A program made the translations under genes and the position numbers. The notes under the pieces were generated by a model that was given only the letters and a program-made list of their open reading frames with translations, did no database searches and was not told the origin of the DNA. Shown piece after piece: positions 33,681 to 44,793 of a DNA stretch of 64,000 nt (positions are counted from its first letter, which is position 1; the number at the start of each line of letters is the position of its first letter). This DNA is from an uncultured delta proteobacterium (GTDB lineage: Bacteria > Myxococcota > Myxococcia > Myxococcales > Myxococcaceae): contig CAWCKH010000003.1 in NCBI GenBank assembly GCA_963796055.1, forward strand, positions 416,001 through 480,000, given 5' to 3'.

Positions 33681-36024
33681 CTACTCTCCCTTCAGCCCTT
33701 CCACCGGCTCGACGCGCGAGGCGCGCAGCGCGGGGTAGATCGATGCGAGGTAGGTCACCAGGATTGCGATGAGCACGGTGAGCGCCGTCTGCAGCGGCTC
33801 GACCTTCACCGGCAACGAGGGGATGTAATAGACCTCCGGGTCGAGCCGGAGCCCCACCTTCTCGATGAAGAGGCACCAGGCCAGGCCGGAGATGAGCCCC
33901 AGCAGGCCTCCGGCCACGCCGATCTGCAGGCCCTCGGCGAGGAAGATCTTCACGATCCCCCCCTGCGGCACGCCCAGCGCCTTGAGGACCGAGATCTCCT
34001 TGCGCTTCTCCAGCACCAGCATGGTCACCGTGGCGACGATGAGCCCCGCGGCGACCACCACGATGATGGAGAGGATGATGCCCATCACCAGCTTCTCCAG
34101 CCGCAGCGCGGAGAAGAGGTTCCGGTTCATCTCCCCCCAGTCCTTGGTGCGATAGGGGTACCCCTCCAGGGTGTTGAGCACGGTCGAGGCGATGCGCCGG
34201 GCGTCGTCCACGTCCTTGACCTTGAGCTCGACTCCGGTGGCCCCGGGGATGCCGAAGAAGGACTCGGCCGCCTGCAGGCCGACGTAGACGAACTTCGAGT
34301 CGTACTCGAACATTCCCGTGTAGAAGATGCCGGCCACCCGGAAGGCCTTCGACTTGGGGATGGGCCCCGAGGGCCCCACGCCGCCCCCGAGCGGCGAGAC
34401 CACCGTCAGCGGGTCGCCCACCAGGACACGGAGACTCGAGGCCAGCTCGCGGCCGAGCAGGATGCCGGGGAGCGGCGGCCCCGCAGGCGCCTCCTTCGGC
34501 ATCTGGATGACCTCGTCGTCCTTCGGCTGGTCCATCTTGTAGCGGCTGCGGACCGGGATGTCCTCGGGGTGCGCGAGCCAGCGGATGTCCCCGCCGGGCA
34601 GGACATTCTTCGGGAGGTCCGTCACCTGGCCGGTGGTGGCCGGGTCGACGCCCTTGATGATCGCCCCGTCCACGTTGGCCTCGCTCGCCACCATCACCTG
34701 GCCCAGGAGGAACGGGGTCTCGCCGACGACGCCAGGCACCTGGGCGACCTTCTTCATCACCTCGGGGTACTCGGGCATCCCGGCCTGCGGGTCGCCGTAC
34801 TTGAGGACCACCACGTGGGCGTTGGTGCCGAGGATCTTCTTCTGGAGGTCCACCTCGAAGCCGCTCATCACGCTGAGGACGATGATCAGCGCCATGACCC
34901 CCACCCCGACCCCGCCCACGCTCAGCGCGGTCATCATCTCGGTGGGGGACTGGCTCCGCTCCTGCGCCTCGTGGAGCGCCTTGGCCGCCGCCAGCGGATC
35001 GCGCCGCCCCAGCGCGCGGATGCGCGTCCGCTCCACCGCCGCGTCCGCCGCGCGGAGGATGCCCAGGACGATGAGTGGCGGGATGATGCCCAGCAGCAGC
35101 ACCACCAGCCCGCCGAGCAGCAGGCGGGGGCGGAAGATGTGGACGTGTCGCCGGGCGACGAACAGCTCGAACCCGGTGCGTACGTCGAGCCGGCCCGAGG
35201 CGTTGGCCACGAACCCGGTGAGGATGCCCAGGGTGAGGGCCAGCACCAGCAGGCTGAAGACCAGCCAGTACCCCAGCTCGGGCCGGCCCAGGAGATTCGC
35301 CAGGTAGATGATCTCCCGGAACCGCGGCCCCAGGGTGGCATCCAGCGCCGGGACGGAGGGGAGCACCGTGAGCAGCGCCGGGAGCGGAACGCCGAGGTAG
35401 AGGACGGCGATGGTCGCCTCGGGCGCGGAGCAGCTTGCGGGCGCGAGCCGCGCCGACGAATCCTCCGAGGAACGCCACCCCCGCCGCGGCGGTGAGCGCC
35501 ACGCCGAACGCGGCCGGCGGTCCCCACCCCACCCCGCGGGAGGCGGAGGCCAGGGCGGTCTGGAGCAGCACCAGGACCAGCTCCGCCCCGAGGATGCCCA
35601 CCCCGTAGGCGGCCAGGGTCCCCAGGTGAAAGTCACGCCAGCCGGCCAGCGGCGCCGACAACCCGCCGCCGGTCTGCTCGGCGCGCACCGGCTCGGTGCC
35701 TGCCTTGCGTGCGCTCCCGAGCGCCACCAGCGCCCAGCCGACGAGCCAGGCCCCCGCCGCCGGGCCGAGCAGCCACACCGCGGGGCTGGGCGCCGCAGTC
35801 CGCCGCGCTTCCAGCACGCCCTTGACCGCGCCCACCAGCGGGCCCCAGCCGAAGGCGCCGAGCCCCAGCCGGGCCAGCACCGGTCCCCAGGCGCCCACGC
35901 GCCCCACCTCCACCGCGGCGAGCACCGCGCCGGTGAGCAGCAGCACCGCGCCCACGCCACGGAGCAGCCACCGGGCGTGGGGCCGGGCAGGGGCCGCGAC
36001 GCCGAGGGCGAGCGGCTCGTCCAT
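33681..36024 (-). CDS. lolE: LolC/LolE lipoprotein-releasing permease with long N-terminal multi-TM extension; apparent 1-nt insertion frameshift at about 35431
   Basis: The C-terminal part has LSVGGVGVGVMALIIVLSVMSGF and LEKRKEISVLKALG...YPALRASRVEPVEGL. The N-terminal part (ATG 36024, coupled to the lysS stop) reads MDEPLALG...FVGAARARKL in another frame. The span is 3n+1. Confidence 0.85.
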
Positions 36025-37538
36025 CAACGCTTCTCGGGCTTGAGCAGCGGGAAGAGGATGACGTCGCGGATGGAGGGGGTGTCGGTGAGGAGCATCGCCA
36101 GCCGGTCCACACCCAGGCCCTCCCCGCCGGTGGGCGGCATGCCGTGCTCGAGGGCCCGGATGTAGTCCTCGTCGTAGTCCATCGTCTCGGTGGCCCCTCT
36201 CCGCTTGGCCTCCAGCTGGGCCTCGAACCGGCCCTTCTGGTCCAGCGGGTCGTTCAGCTCGCTGAACCCGTTGGCGATCTCCCGGCCGACGATGAACAGC
36301 TCGAACCGGTCGGCGATTTCGGGCCGGGCGTCGTTCCGGCGCGCCAGGGGGCTGATCTCGGTGGGGAACTCGGTGACGAAGGTGGGCTGAACCAGCCGCG
36401 ACTCCACGGCGTGCTCGAAGAGGACCGCCAGCATCGCCCCCGGCCCGAAGGCGGCCAGGTGGTTGCGCTCGCCCTCCGGGAGCCGGGGGCCGATCTCCGC
36501 CCGGAGCCGGTCGGCGTCCTTCAGGTCGGACTCGTTCAGCGCGGGGAATGCCTGGCGGACCGCCTCGGCCATCGGGAGCCGCGGCCAGGGCGGGGTGAAG
36601 TCGATGGACTGACCCTGGTAGGCGACCTTCATCGAGCCGGTCACCCGCTCGGCCGCGCCCGAGAGCATCTCCTCGGTCTGGACCATCATGTCCTCGTAGG
36701 TGGCGTAGGCCTGGTACCACTCGAGCATCGTGAACTCGGGGTTGTGCCGGGTGCTGACCCCCTCGTTCCGGAAGTTGCGGTTGATCTCGTAGACCCGTTC
36801 CAGGCCTCCGACCACCAGACGCTTGAGGTACAGCTCCGGGGCGATGCGCAGGAAGAGCGGGATGTCGAGCGCGTTGTGGTGGGTGGTGAAGGGCCGCGCC
36901 GCCGCGCCGCTCACCAGGCTGTGCATCATCGGCGTCTCGACCTCGACGAAGCCCCGCCGGTCGAGGAACTCGCGGAGGTAGCGGACCAGCGCCGTCCGCT
37001 TGAGGAAGGCCTCCTTCACCTCGGGGTTCGAGACCAGGTCCAGGTAGCGCTGGCGGTACCGCGTCTCCACGTCGGCCAGGCCGTGCCACTTCTCGGGGGG
37101 CGCGCGGAGCGCCTTGGTGAGGGGCAGGTACTCGGTCGCGGCGAGGGTGAGCTCTCCGGTCTTGCTCCGGAACAGCGTCCCCTGGACCCCCACGAAGTCG
37201 CCCAGGTCGGTGAGCTTGAAGAGCTCGAACCGATCTCCGAGCGCGTCCTTCTTGACGTGGACTTGGATCTCACCGCTGCGGTCGCGGAGCTTGATGAACG
37301 CCGCCTTGCCGAAGCTCCGCAGCGCCACCACCCGGCCGGCGATGGAGTACGTCGGCCGCGACGCCTCCAGCTGCTCGGCGGTGTCCGAGGCGTGCTTCCG
37401 GGCGATGTCGCCGGCGAGGTCGGCGGGGCGAAAGCCGTTGCCGAAGGGGTTGCACCCCAGGCTGCGCCAGCGCTCGGCCTTCTCCTGGCGCTGCGCGTAG
37501 AGCTCGTGCTCCTTCGCCGATTCGGTGTCGTCGCTCAC
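36024..37538 (-). CDS. lysS: Lysyl-tRNA synthetase (class II)
   Basis: RYRQRYLDL, LRIAPELYLKRLVVGG, FRNEG..RHNPEFTMLE and GMPPTGGEGLGVDRL motifs. Confidence 0.98.
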   Translation of the reverse strand: MSDDTESAKEHELYAQRQEKAERWRSLGCNPFGNGFRPADLAGDIARKHASDTAEQLEASRPTYSIAGRVVALRSFGKAAFIKLRDRSGEIQVHVKKDALGDRFELFKLTDLGDFVGVQGTLFRSKTGELTLAATEYLPLTKALRAPPEKWHGLADVETRYRQRYLDLVSNPEVKEAFLKRTALVRYLREFLDRRGFVEVETPMMHSLVSGAAARPFTTHHNALDIPLFLRIAPELYLKRLVVGGLERVYEINRNFRNEGVSTRHNPEFTMLEWYQAYATYEDMMVQTEEMLSGAAERVTGSMKVAYQGQSIDFTPPWPRLPMAEAVRQAFPALNESDLKDADRLRAEIGPRLPEGERNHLAAFGPGAMLAVLFEHAVESRLVQPTFVTEFPTEISPLARRNDARPEIADRFELFIVGREIANGFSELNDPLDQKGRFEAQLEAKRRGATETMDYDEDYIRALEHGMPPTGGEGLGVDRLAMLLTDTPSIRDVILFPLLKPEKR

Positions 37539-37554
37539 GGTCGTGCAGGCTCTC

Positions 37555-38674
37555 CTACTCCGGAACGGCCCGGTTGGGGTTCTTCACGCCCAGCAGCTGG
37601 GCGGTGACGAAGTCGTCCAGCTTGCCGTCCAGCACCGCGTCCACGTTTCCGGTCTCCACCCCGGTCCGGAGGTCCTTCACCAGCCGGTAGGGGGCGAGCA
37701 CATAGCTGCGGATCTGCGAGCCGAAGGCGATGTCCTTCTTCTGCGACTCGGCCTCGTCGCGGGCCTGGTTCCGCTTCTGCAGCTCGAGGTCGTAGAGCCG
37801 GGAGCGGAGGATCTTCCAGGCCATGTCCCGGTTGGCGTGCTGGCTGCGCTCGTTCTGCATCGCCACGGTGATCCCGGTGGGGACGTGGGTGAGGCGGACG
37901 GCGGACGAGGTCTTGTTCACCTTCTGGCCCCCCGCCCCGCTCGCCCGGTACACGTCGACCCGGACGTCCTTCTCCGGGATGTCGATGACGATGTCGTCGT
38001 CCACCTCGGGGTAGACGGTGACCGAGGCGAAGGACGTTTGGCGGCGGGCGTTGGCGTCGAAGGGGCTGATGCGGACCAGGCGGTGCACCCCGTTCTCCGC
38101 CCTGAGGTAACCGTAGGCGTTCTCGCCGGTGACCTTGATCGAGACGTTCTTCAGGCCCGCCTCCTCGCCGGCCACGAAGTCGTTGATCTCCACCGTCCAG
38201 CCCTTCGACTCGGCGTAGCGCGTGTACATCCGCAGCAGCATCGCCGCCCAGTCCATGGACTCGGTGCCCCCGGCGCCAGCGTTGATCTCCATGTAGGCGT
38301 TGGCGTGGTCGTTCTCACCGGAGAGCATCCGCTGCAGCTCGAGCGCCTCCACGTCGCGCTCGACGGCGTCCAGCGAGCCCTCGGCCTCGGCCCGGGCGGC
38401 ATCGTCCCCGGCCTCCTCGGCCAGCTCGAGCAGGGTGCGGGCGTCGTCCAGCGCCCGCTCCACGCGCTCGAACCCCTCCACCTGCGCGGCCAGCCCCGCC
38501 TTTTCTCGTAGCAGGCCCTGCGCCTTGACCTGGTCGTTCCAGAAGTCGGGCTGGCCCGCGTCCCGGTCGATCAGCGCGATGCGTGACCGCTTGCGGTCGA
38601 GGTCAAAGATGCCCCCGGAGCGCGTCCAGGCGCGCCTGCAGGGAGCCGAGTCGTTCCGTCGCGTCGATGGGCAT
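37555..38674 (-). CDS. prfB: Peptide chain release factor 2, programmed +1 frameshift
   Basis: ATG 38674 gives MPIDATERLGSLQARLDALRGHL, then CTT TGA C (38608-38602) preceded by the SD-like GGGGG. The +1 frame contains SPF and GAGGQ. Confidence 0.97.
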
Positions 38675-38677
38675 GAG

Positions 38678-40411
38678 TCAGGAGTGTCCGAGCGGACCGG
38701 CCCGGCGGAAGCGGAGGCGGACCAAGGCCACCAGCCCCGAGAGCCCGGCAAAGAGCGCGGCAAGGTACGCGGGAATGTCGCCGATGACAACGTACGGCGT
38801 GCTGCCCTCCATCAAGGGGAGCTCCGCCATCCGCCACTCCGGCCCGGTCAGCTCCGCGGCCGAGACCGACAGCCGGTCGCTGGGGACGATGCCCACCTCG
38901 GTCGCGTCGAATACCCTGCCCACCGGGTCGATGAAGGCGCTGACCCCGGTGTTCGCCGCCCGGGCCACCGGCCGCCCCGTCTCCACCGCCCGGGTCGCCA
39001 CCATGTGGAGGAACTGGAACGGCGCCGAGCTGAAGCCGTACCAGGCGTCGTTGGTCATGTTGACCAGCACGTGGGCTCCGTTCCGGGCGTAGGTCCGGGA
39101 GATCTCCGGGAAGATGGCGTCGAAGCAGATCTCGATGCCCAGGCGGACCGGGGGGCCGTCGGGCCGGCGCAGCACCGCCGGGCCGAGGTCGTTCCCCGGG
39201 GCGAAGCTCGCGCCCACGATGTTGCCCACGCCCAGCAGCTCGTCCAGGCGCCACGGCACGTACTCGCCGAACGGCACCAGGTGGTTCTTCACGTAGTGGT
39301 GGGCAATGCCCAGGGTGGGGTCGAGGAGGAAGGCCGCGTTCTCGTTCCCCTTGCGGAGGTTCCTGGGGTCGAACACGTCCACGCCGACCAGGAGACCGGC
39401 ACGGTAGCCGCCCGGGCGAAGGCCGGCCTCGGTGAGCCGGGTCACCCCGGTGGGGAACGCCAGCGGGTAGCTGCCCTCCGGCCAGACGATGAGCTCGGCG
39501 CCCGCCTGCTCCGCGGCGGCGGTGGGCGGGAGGTAGCGGCCGAGGATGGTCGCCGCCCGCGAGCTGCCCCGGGACATCTTGAGCTTCTGGTCGACGTTGC
39601 CCTGCACCACCGCGGCCTTGACCCGCGGCGCCGCGGCCGCCGCCCGGTCCATCGCCCGGACGTGGAATGCCCCGTACGCGTGCCCGAGCACCAGGACCGC
39701 CGAGGCCAGGGCGAGGAGCGCCCGCGGCATCGGACGCTCGCGGAGCCGCCACCACCGCCAGACCTCGTAGAGCGCTCCGTTCACCACCGCCACCGCGAGG
39801 GCGACACCGTAGACCCCGCCGAGGCTCGCCAGCTGGTGGAACCACAGATTCCGCGTCTGGGTGTAGCCGAGGTTGGCCCAGGGGAAGCCGGAGCAGAAGT
39901 AGTTCCGCATCAGCTCGGTGGCCATCCACACCGGACCGACGGTCCACCCCATGCTCCAGCCGAGGCCGCGCTCGAGGAGCCGCAGCAGGCCCGTGGCGAT
40001 GGCCCAGTGGAAGGCGCACCAGGCCACCAGCAGCTCGAGCGCGGGGATGCTGAGCCAGTTCGGCATCCCGCCGAAGGTCACCATCGCCACGTTCACCCAC
40101 CAGAACGCCCCGGTGAAGAACACCATCCCGGCGAGCATCCCTGCGCCGAATGCCCGCCACGGCGAGAGTCGCCGGATGGCGAGGAGCATCGGGACGAGAC
40201 AGAGGAAGGCCAGCGGCTCGAGGATGCCGGAGGCGAACAGCTCGCGCCGGGGGCCAACCGGGAAGGCGATGGGGAACGCCGCGGCGCCGAGCAGTCCGGT
40301 GAGGACGAGGGCCCCGATGCGCCAGGGCACGAGGACGCGCTCGCGCCGGCCGGGCACGGCGGTGAGGGCCAGGGGGGCCCCGGGAGAGGGAGGGAGGGCG
40401 ACGGCGGACAT
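38678..40411 (-). CDS. lnt: Apolipoprotein N-acyltransferase
   Basis: GFPWANLGYTQ, VQGNV, IVWPEG, KNHLVPFGEYVP, ICFDAIFP, TNDAWYG and RAANTGVS motifs. Confidence 0.96.
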   Translation of the reverse strand: MSAVALPPSPGAPLALTAVPGRRERVLVPWRIGALVLTGLLGAAAFPIAFPVGPRRELFASGILEPLAFLCLVPMLLAIRRLSPWRAFGAGMLAGMVFFTGAFWWVNVAMVTFGGMPNWLSIPALELLVAWCAFHWAIATGLLRLLERGLGWSMGWTVGPVWMATELMRNYFCSGFPWANLGYTQTRNLWFHQLASLGGVYGVALAVAVVNGALYEVWRWWRLRERPMPRALLALASAVLVLGHAYGAFHVRAMDRAAAAAPRVKAAVVQGNVDQKLKMSRGSSRAATILGRYLPPTAAAEQAGAELIVWPEGSYPLAFPTGVTRLTEAGLRPGGYRAGLLVGVDVFDPRNLRKGNENAAFLLDPTLGIAHHYVKNHLVPFGEYVPWRLDELLGVGNIVGASFAPGNDLGPAVLRRPDGPPVRLGIEICFDAIFPEISRTYARNGAHVLVNMTNDAWYGFSSAPFQFLHMVATRAVETGRPVARAANTGVSAFIDPVGRVFDATEVGIVPSDRLSVSAAELTGPEWRMAELPLMEGSTPYVVIGDIPAYLAALFAGLSGLVALVRLRFRRAGPLGHS

Positions 40412-40476
40412 CGGGATGCGGGTGCTCCTACCAGAACCCTCGGCGGGACGGGTGTCGTCCCGGCACCGAACGTCGG

Positions 40477-41031
40477 TCACCGAGGGGGAACCATCCCCGG
40501 CCGGCCCAGGAGCCTCGCCTCGAGGGCGGCCATCCGCTCGGCATCCCGGCGGCGGTGGTGGTCGTGGCCGAGCAAGTGGAGCAGCCCGTGCGCGAGGTAC
40601 AGGTCCAGCTCCTCGGCGAGTGCGCGCCCGCGGGCCCGGGCCTGCCGACGGGCGGTGTCGAGCGAGAGGATGACGTCCCCGAGGTGGTGCGGGCCAATCG
40701 TTCCGGAGGGCGGCTCCCCGGCGGGGAAGCTGAGCACGTCGGTGGGCCGGTCCTTCCGGCGCCAGCTGCGGTTGAGCTCCTGGATGCCAGGGTCGGTGGT
40801 GAGGAGGACGGAGAGCTCCACATCCTCGAGCGCCAGCGTGGCAAGAAAGGCCCGGGCCCGGGCCCGAAGGCGGGACAGGTGTCTTCGGCCGGATGGCATG
40901 TCGGCTCGGGCCTCGACCAGCGGCCGGCGGGAGCGGGCAGCGGAGGAGCGGCTACGCGGAGCGCGCTCGGCCTGGGTGGGCCGCCTCCCGGCGGCTACAC
41001 CGCCCACCCGGGTTCGCACTTGACGAGGCAT
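40477..41031 (-). CDS. ybeY: rRNA maturation endoribonuclease YbeY
   Basis: LNRSWRRKDRPTDVLSF, LGDVILS and HGLLHLLGHDH motifs. Start uncertain (41031 or 40899). Confidence 0.93.
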   Translation of the reverse strand: MPRQVRTRVGGVAAGRRPTQAERAPRSRSSAARSRRPLVEARADMPSGRRHLSRLRARARAFLATLALEDVELSVLLTTDPGIQELNRSWRRKDRPTDVLSFPAGEPPSGTIGPHHLGDVILSLDTARRQARARGRALAEELDLYLAHGLLHLLGHDHHRRRDAERMAALEARLLGRPGMVPPR

Positions 41032-41074
41032 TGCCGTATCGACGTCTACCCCTTCTCGCTGCCGTTGGGAGGCG

Positions 41075-42205
41075 TCAGCGAAGGACGTCGCCACCAGCGC
41101 TTCCGTCCGCCGGCAGCTCGAGGATGAAGGTCGTCCCCTCCTCGGCCGTCGAACGGACGCGGACCTCGCCACCGTGCCCCACGGCGACCTGGCGCACGAT
41201 GTACAGCCCGAGCCCGATGCTGCCGCCGAGCGCGCCGGCGTGCAGACCGCGCTGGAACGGCTCGAAGAGACCCGGGAGCAGCTCGGTGGGAATCGGAGGG
41301 CCGTGGTTGTGCACCGACAGCTCCGCCCTGTCCTCCCGTGCCGACAGACGGACCGTCACCGGAAGCTCGGGGTCTCCGTGCTGGAGCGCGTTGCCCACCA
41401 GGTTCCCCACCGCCTGGGCGAGCCGCTCGGGGTCCCAGAAGCCGGTCGGGCGGGCCAGCGCCTCCCACTGGACCCGGCGCACCTGGTCCTCGGGCATTCC
41501 GTCGAGGACGCGGGTCACCACTGCATCGAGCGCCACGGGTTCGGGCGCGAGCGGCAGGCCCTGCCCCCGCCGGATCCGGGTGACATCGAGCAGCCCGGAG
41601 ATGATGGCCTGCATCCGGTCGGTGGAGCGCTCCATCCGTTCCACCGTCCGGACGTGTTCCCCGGGGACGCCCCGCCGGCGCATCGTCTCCAGCCCCAGCC
41701 GCACCGAGGAGAGCGGGTTTCGCAGGTCGTGGCTGACGATGCCCAGCAGCTTCTGCTCGAACTCGGCGGCGGCCTCGAGCTTCCGCCGCTCCACCTCCAC
41801 CGCTGCTCGCACCAGCGCCGCTTCCCTCTCCACTCTCCGCCGCGCGGTGACGTCCCGTCCCACGCAGGTCACGTGCTCCAGCCGGCCGGTCGGGGAGGGG
41901 ATGGGCGACAGGGTGTACTCGAACCAGCGGGTTTCCTGCCCGTCGAGGAAGCCCAGCTCGTTCCGCGCCGGCGCGCCGGTGACGAAGACCGCCCGCAGCT
42001 GCACCCGGAACTCGGGAAAGGTGGCGGTCCCGAAGACCTCGTCCATGGTTCGCCCGAGCATCTGCGCCGGGGTGAGCCCCATCGCCGCCGCGCCGAGCTG
42101 GTTCACATAGACGTACCGGATGTCGCGGTCGAGGATGTAGACGTTCTCCTGCACCACCTCCAGCGCCCGGCGGAGCAGCTCCAGCTCGTCCGCCCTGGTC
42201 GGCAT
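41075..42205 (-). CDS. Cytoplasmic PAS-domain sensor histidine kinase (orphan)
   Basis: PAS (YVYVN...GRDVT), H-box SHDLRNPL, N-box NLVGNALQHG, F-box LFEPF and G-box GLGLYIV. Confidence 0.92.
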   Translation of the reverse strand: MPTRADELELLRRALEVVQENVYILDRDIRYVYVNQLGAAAMGLTPAQMLGRTMDEVFGTATFPEFRVQLRAVFVTGAPARNELGFLDGQETRWFEYTLSPIPSPTGRLEHVTCVGRDVTARRRVEREAALVRAAVEVERRKLEAAAEFEQKLLGIVSHDLRNPLSSVRLGLETMRRRGVPGEHVRTVERMERSTDRMQAIISGLLDVTRIRRGQGLPLAPEPVALDAVVTRVLDGMPEDQVRRVQWEALARPTGFWDPERLAQAVGNLVGNALQHGDPELPVTVRLSAREDRAELSVHNHGPPIPTELLPGLFEPFQRGLHAGALGGSIGLGLYIVRQVAVGHGGEVRVRSTAEEGTTFILELPADGSAGGDVLR

Positions 42206-42305
42206 CGTCGCCGCACGCTAGCGGCCGTCCGTGGCCCCACGCCGGCTCCGTTCGGACGGGACGTCCACCAGTGAGCGTCCCGCCACCCGTGCGGACCGTA
42301 ACCCT

Positions 42306-44661
42306 TCACCTTCGCTGGACGGTCCGGGTCTCCGAAGCGAGCGCCAGCGCCGTGGGCCGGGCTCCGCCGACCGCGCCGGGCGGATACACCGGCCGCGAGT
42401 GGTAGATGCCCTCCAGGGTGTGGATGAACGAGCGCGAGATGGCGTTCAGGTCCCGCAGGGTCAGGTCGCACTCGTCGAGCTGCCCCTCGGTGAACACCGC
42501 GGTGATGATCCGCTGCACCAGCGCCTGGAGTCGCTCGCGCGTGGGCTCGGGCATGGCCCGGCTCGCCGCCTCCACCGCGTCGGCCAGCATCACCAGCGCC
42601 GCCTCGCGGAACTGCGGCCTGGGCCCGGTGTAGCGGAACACCGCATCCTCCACCTCCGCCTCGTGCCCCCCGGCGTCGGCGAGCGCCTTGTGGTGGAAGT
42701 AGCCCACCAGCCGGGTGCCGTGGTGCTGGGCGATGACGTCCTGCACCGCGCGTGGCAGCTTGTACCGCCGGGCGAGCTCGAGCCCGTCGGTGACGTGGCG
42801 CTTGATGATCACCGCGCTCATCCCCGGTGCCAGACAGTCGTGGGGGTTCTCACCCTTCTGGTTCTCGCCGAAGTAGAGCGGGTTCTTCCCCTTGCCGATG
42901 TCGTGGTAGTAGGCGCAAGTCCGGCCCAGCAGCGGGTTGCAGCCGGTCACCTCCGCGGCCGCCTCCACCAGGCTCCCGACGATGATGCTGTGGTGGTACG
43001 TGCCCGGGCTCTGGACGATGAGCTCCTTGAGCGCCGGGTGGTTGAGATTGGCCAGCTCGAGCAACTTCGAGATCGCTGGCGTACCCGAAGGCCAGCTCGA
43101 GCAGCGGGGTCAGGGCGAGCACCAGGGTGGGGACCAGGAGCGTGGAGCCCAGGCCGGCGAAGCTGGCGGCCAGGAGCGCGTCCCGGGCCGGCGCCTTCCC
43201 CGCCGCCAGCCCGAACGCCAGCACCACCCCGGCGTTGATCAGCCCGACCCAGACGCCGCTCCGGAAGAGCGATGCGCGGTCCCGCGCCCGGGCCACCTGC
43301 GTCGCCGCGACCAGGCTCCCCAGGATCCCGTAGACGGCGAAGAAGAGCGAGTTGCCGAGCATCACCCCGACCAGGGTGGAGAGGACCAGGCCGAAGAAGA
43401 GCGCCAGCTCCTGGTTCAGCAGCAGCCGGACCAGCATCGCCCCCGCCGCCACCGGCAGCAGCACCAGCAATGCCTGCAACGGAAGGGCGGGCCAGCGGTC
43501 GTGGAGCGCCTCGGCGACGGCCGTCGCCATCCGGAAGGCGCCGAGGAAGCCCACCAGCAGCACCCCCAGCAGCAGCCCGTCCCGCCGGGTGGGCCGGAAC
43601 CGCCGGAACGCCCGCCGGTGGAAGGTCCAGATACCGGCCAGCAGCAGCGCGACCAGCGCCGCGGTTCCGGCGCTCGCTTCCACCACGTCGAACCGGTCGG
43701 TCTGGGCACGCATCGCGGCGAGCATCCGGAGGTGTTCCGGGGTGACCAGCTCGCCGTCGCCGATGATCTTCTGGCCCTTCTTGATCTGGATGACCGCCCC
43801 CTTCACCGCGGCGGCGGCGATGGCCCGACGACGCTCGGTCTCGGCGATGTTCGCGGTGAGGTTGGGCCTGAGCGCGCGCTTGGCGAAGCGCAGCACGGCG
43901 CGGCGGAGCGGCGCCGGTGACTCGGGCAACAGATTTCCAGGGAGGGTGGCCCAGCGGTCCATCTCCGCGCGGGCCTCGCGGACGTCGAGCACGGCCGGCG
44001 GGAGCACCGCGCTCGGATGTTCCACGCCGTCGTTCAGGTCGCGGATGGTGAGGAAGCTGCCGGCCGGTCCGAGGTCCTCGCGCGCGCCCACCACCGGGGC
44101 GAGGAAGCCACGCGACAGCACCGAGAGCACGGCGTGCTCCACCTCGGGTGCCCCCCGCGCCTCCACCAGGGCGGCCCAGTCCTCGTCGTCCAGCTCGAAC
44201 AGCCGCGCCTCGAAGGTCTGACGGGCCTGGGTGATGGCCGAGGTGTCCACCGGCTCGGCCTTCCGCCTCGCTTTCCCTGGGGGCGGCTTCGCCGGCGGAT
44301 CCATCCGGGCGAACGTCGCCCGCAGCACGCCGAAGCTTTCCTGGATTCCCCTCTGGATCTCGGGAACCACGGCGGGGTTGAAGTCGAAGACCGGGCGAAC
44401 GCCGGCCCGGGCCTCCTGGCGGCGCCGGTCGGTGAGCGCTGCGTCGGGCAGGTCGTAGTCGCGGGTGGCCTTGAATCCCGCCGCGGAAGGGCTCTCGAAG
44501 GGACGGCCGACATCCTCGGGGCGCAGCTGCGGAAGCGTCTGCACCGCGAACCCCGGAGCGACCAGGAGCCCCGCGAGCACCGACACCACGCCGAGCAGGC
44601 TCAGCGCGGGGAGGGCGCGCCGGAGGGCGTCCACCGACCGGCTCTTCGCGTCGTCGTCCAA
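42306..44661 (-). CDS. 7TM-HD (HDIG) phosphohydrolase, PgpH-like; apparent 1-nt insertion frameshift at 43068
   Basis: The 5' ORF has the extracellular domain (IKKGQKIIGDGE) and TM helices ending FGYASDL. The 3' ORF continues KLLELANLNHP...PGTYHHS...YYHDIGK...HHGT...MLADAVEAASR. The span is 3n+1. Confidence 0.88.
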
Positions 44662-44793
44662 GGGCGGGGAACGCTAGGGTCCGGGGCCGACGCAGGACAA
44701 GCCGCGGAGGCCTGCCAAGCAGCCGGCGACGTACTCCCCGCGCACCGGGGGTATGTCCTGGGGTGGGCAGTCCGTACCGGCGCTCACCGGTGC

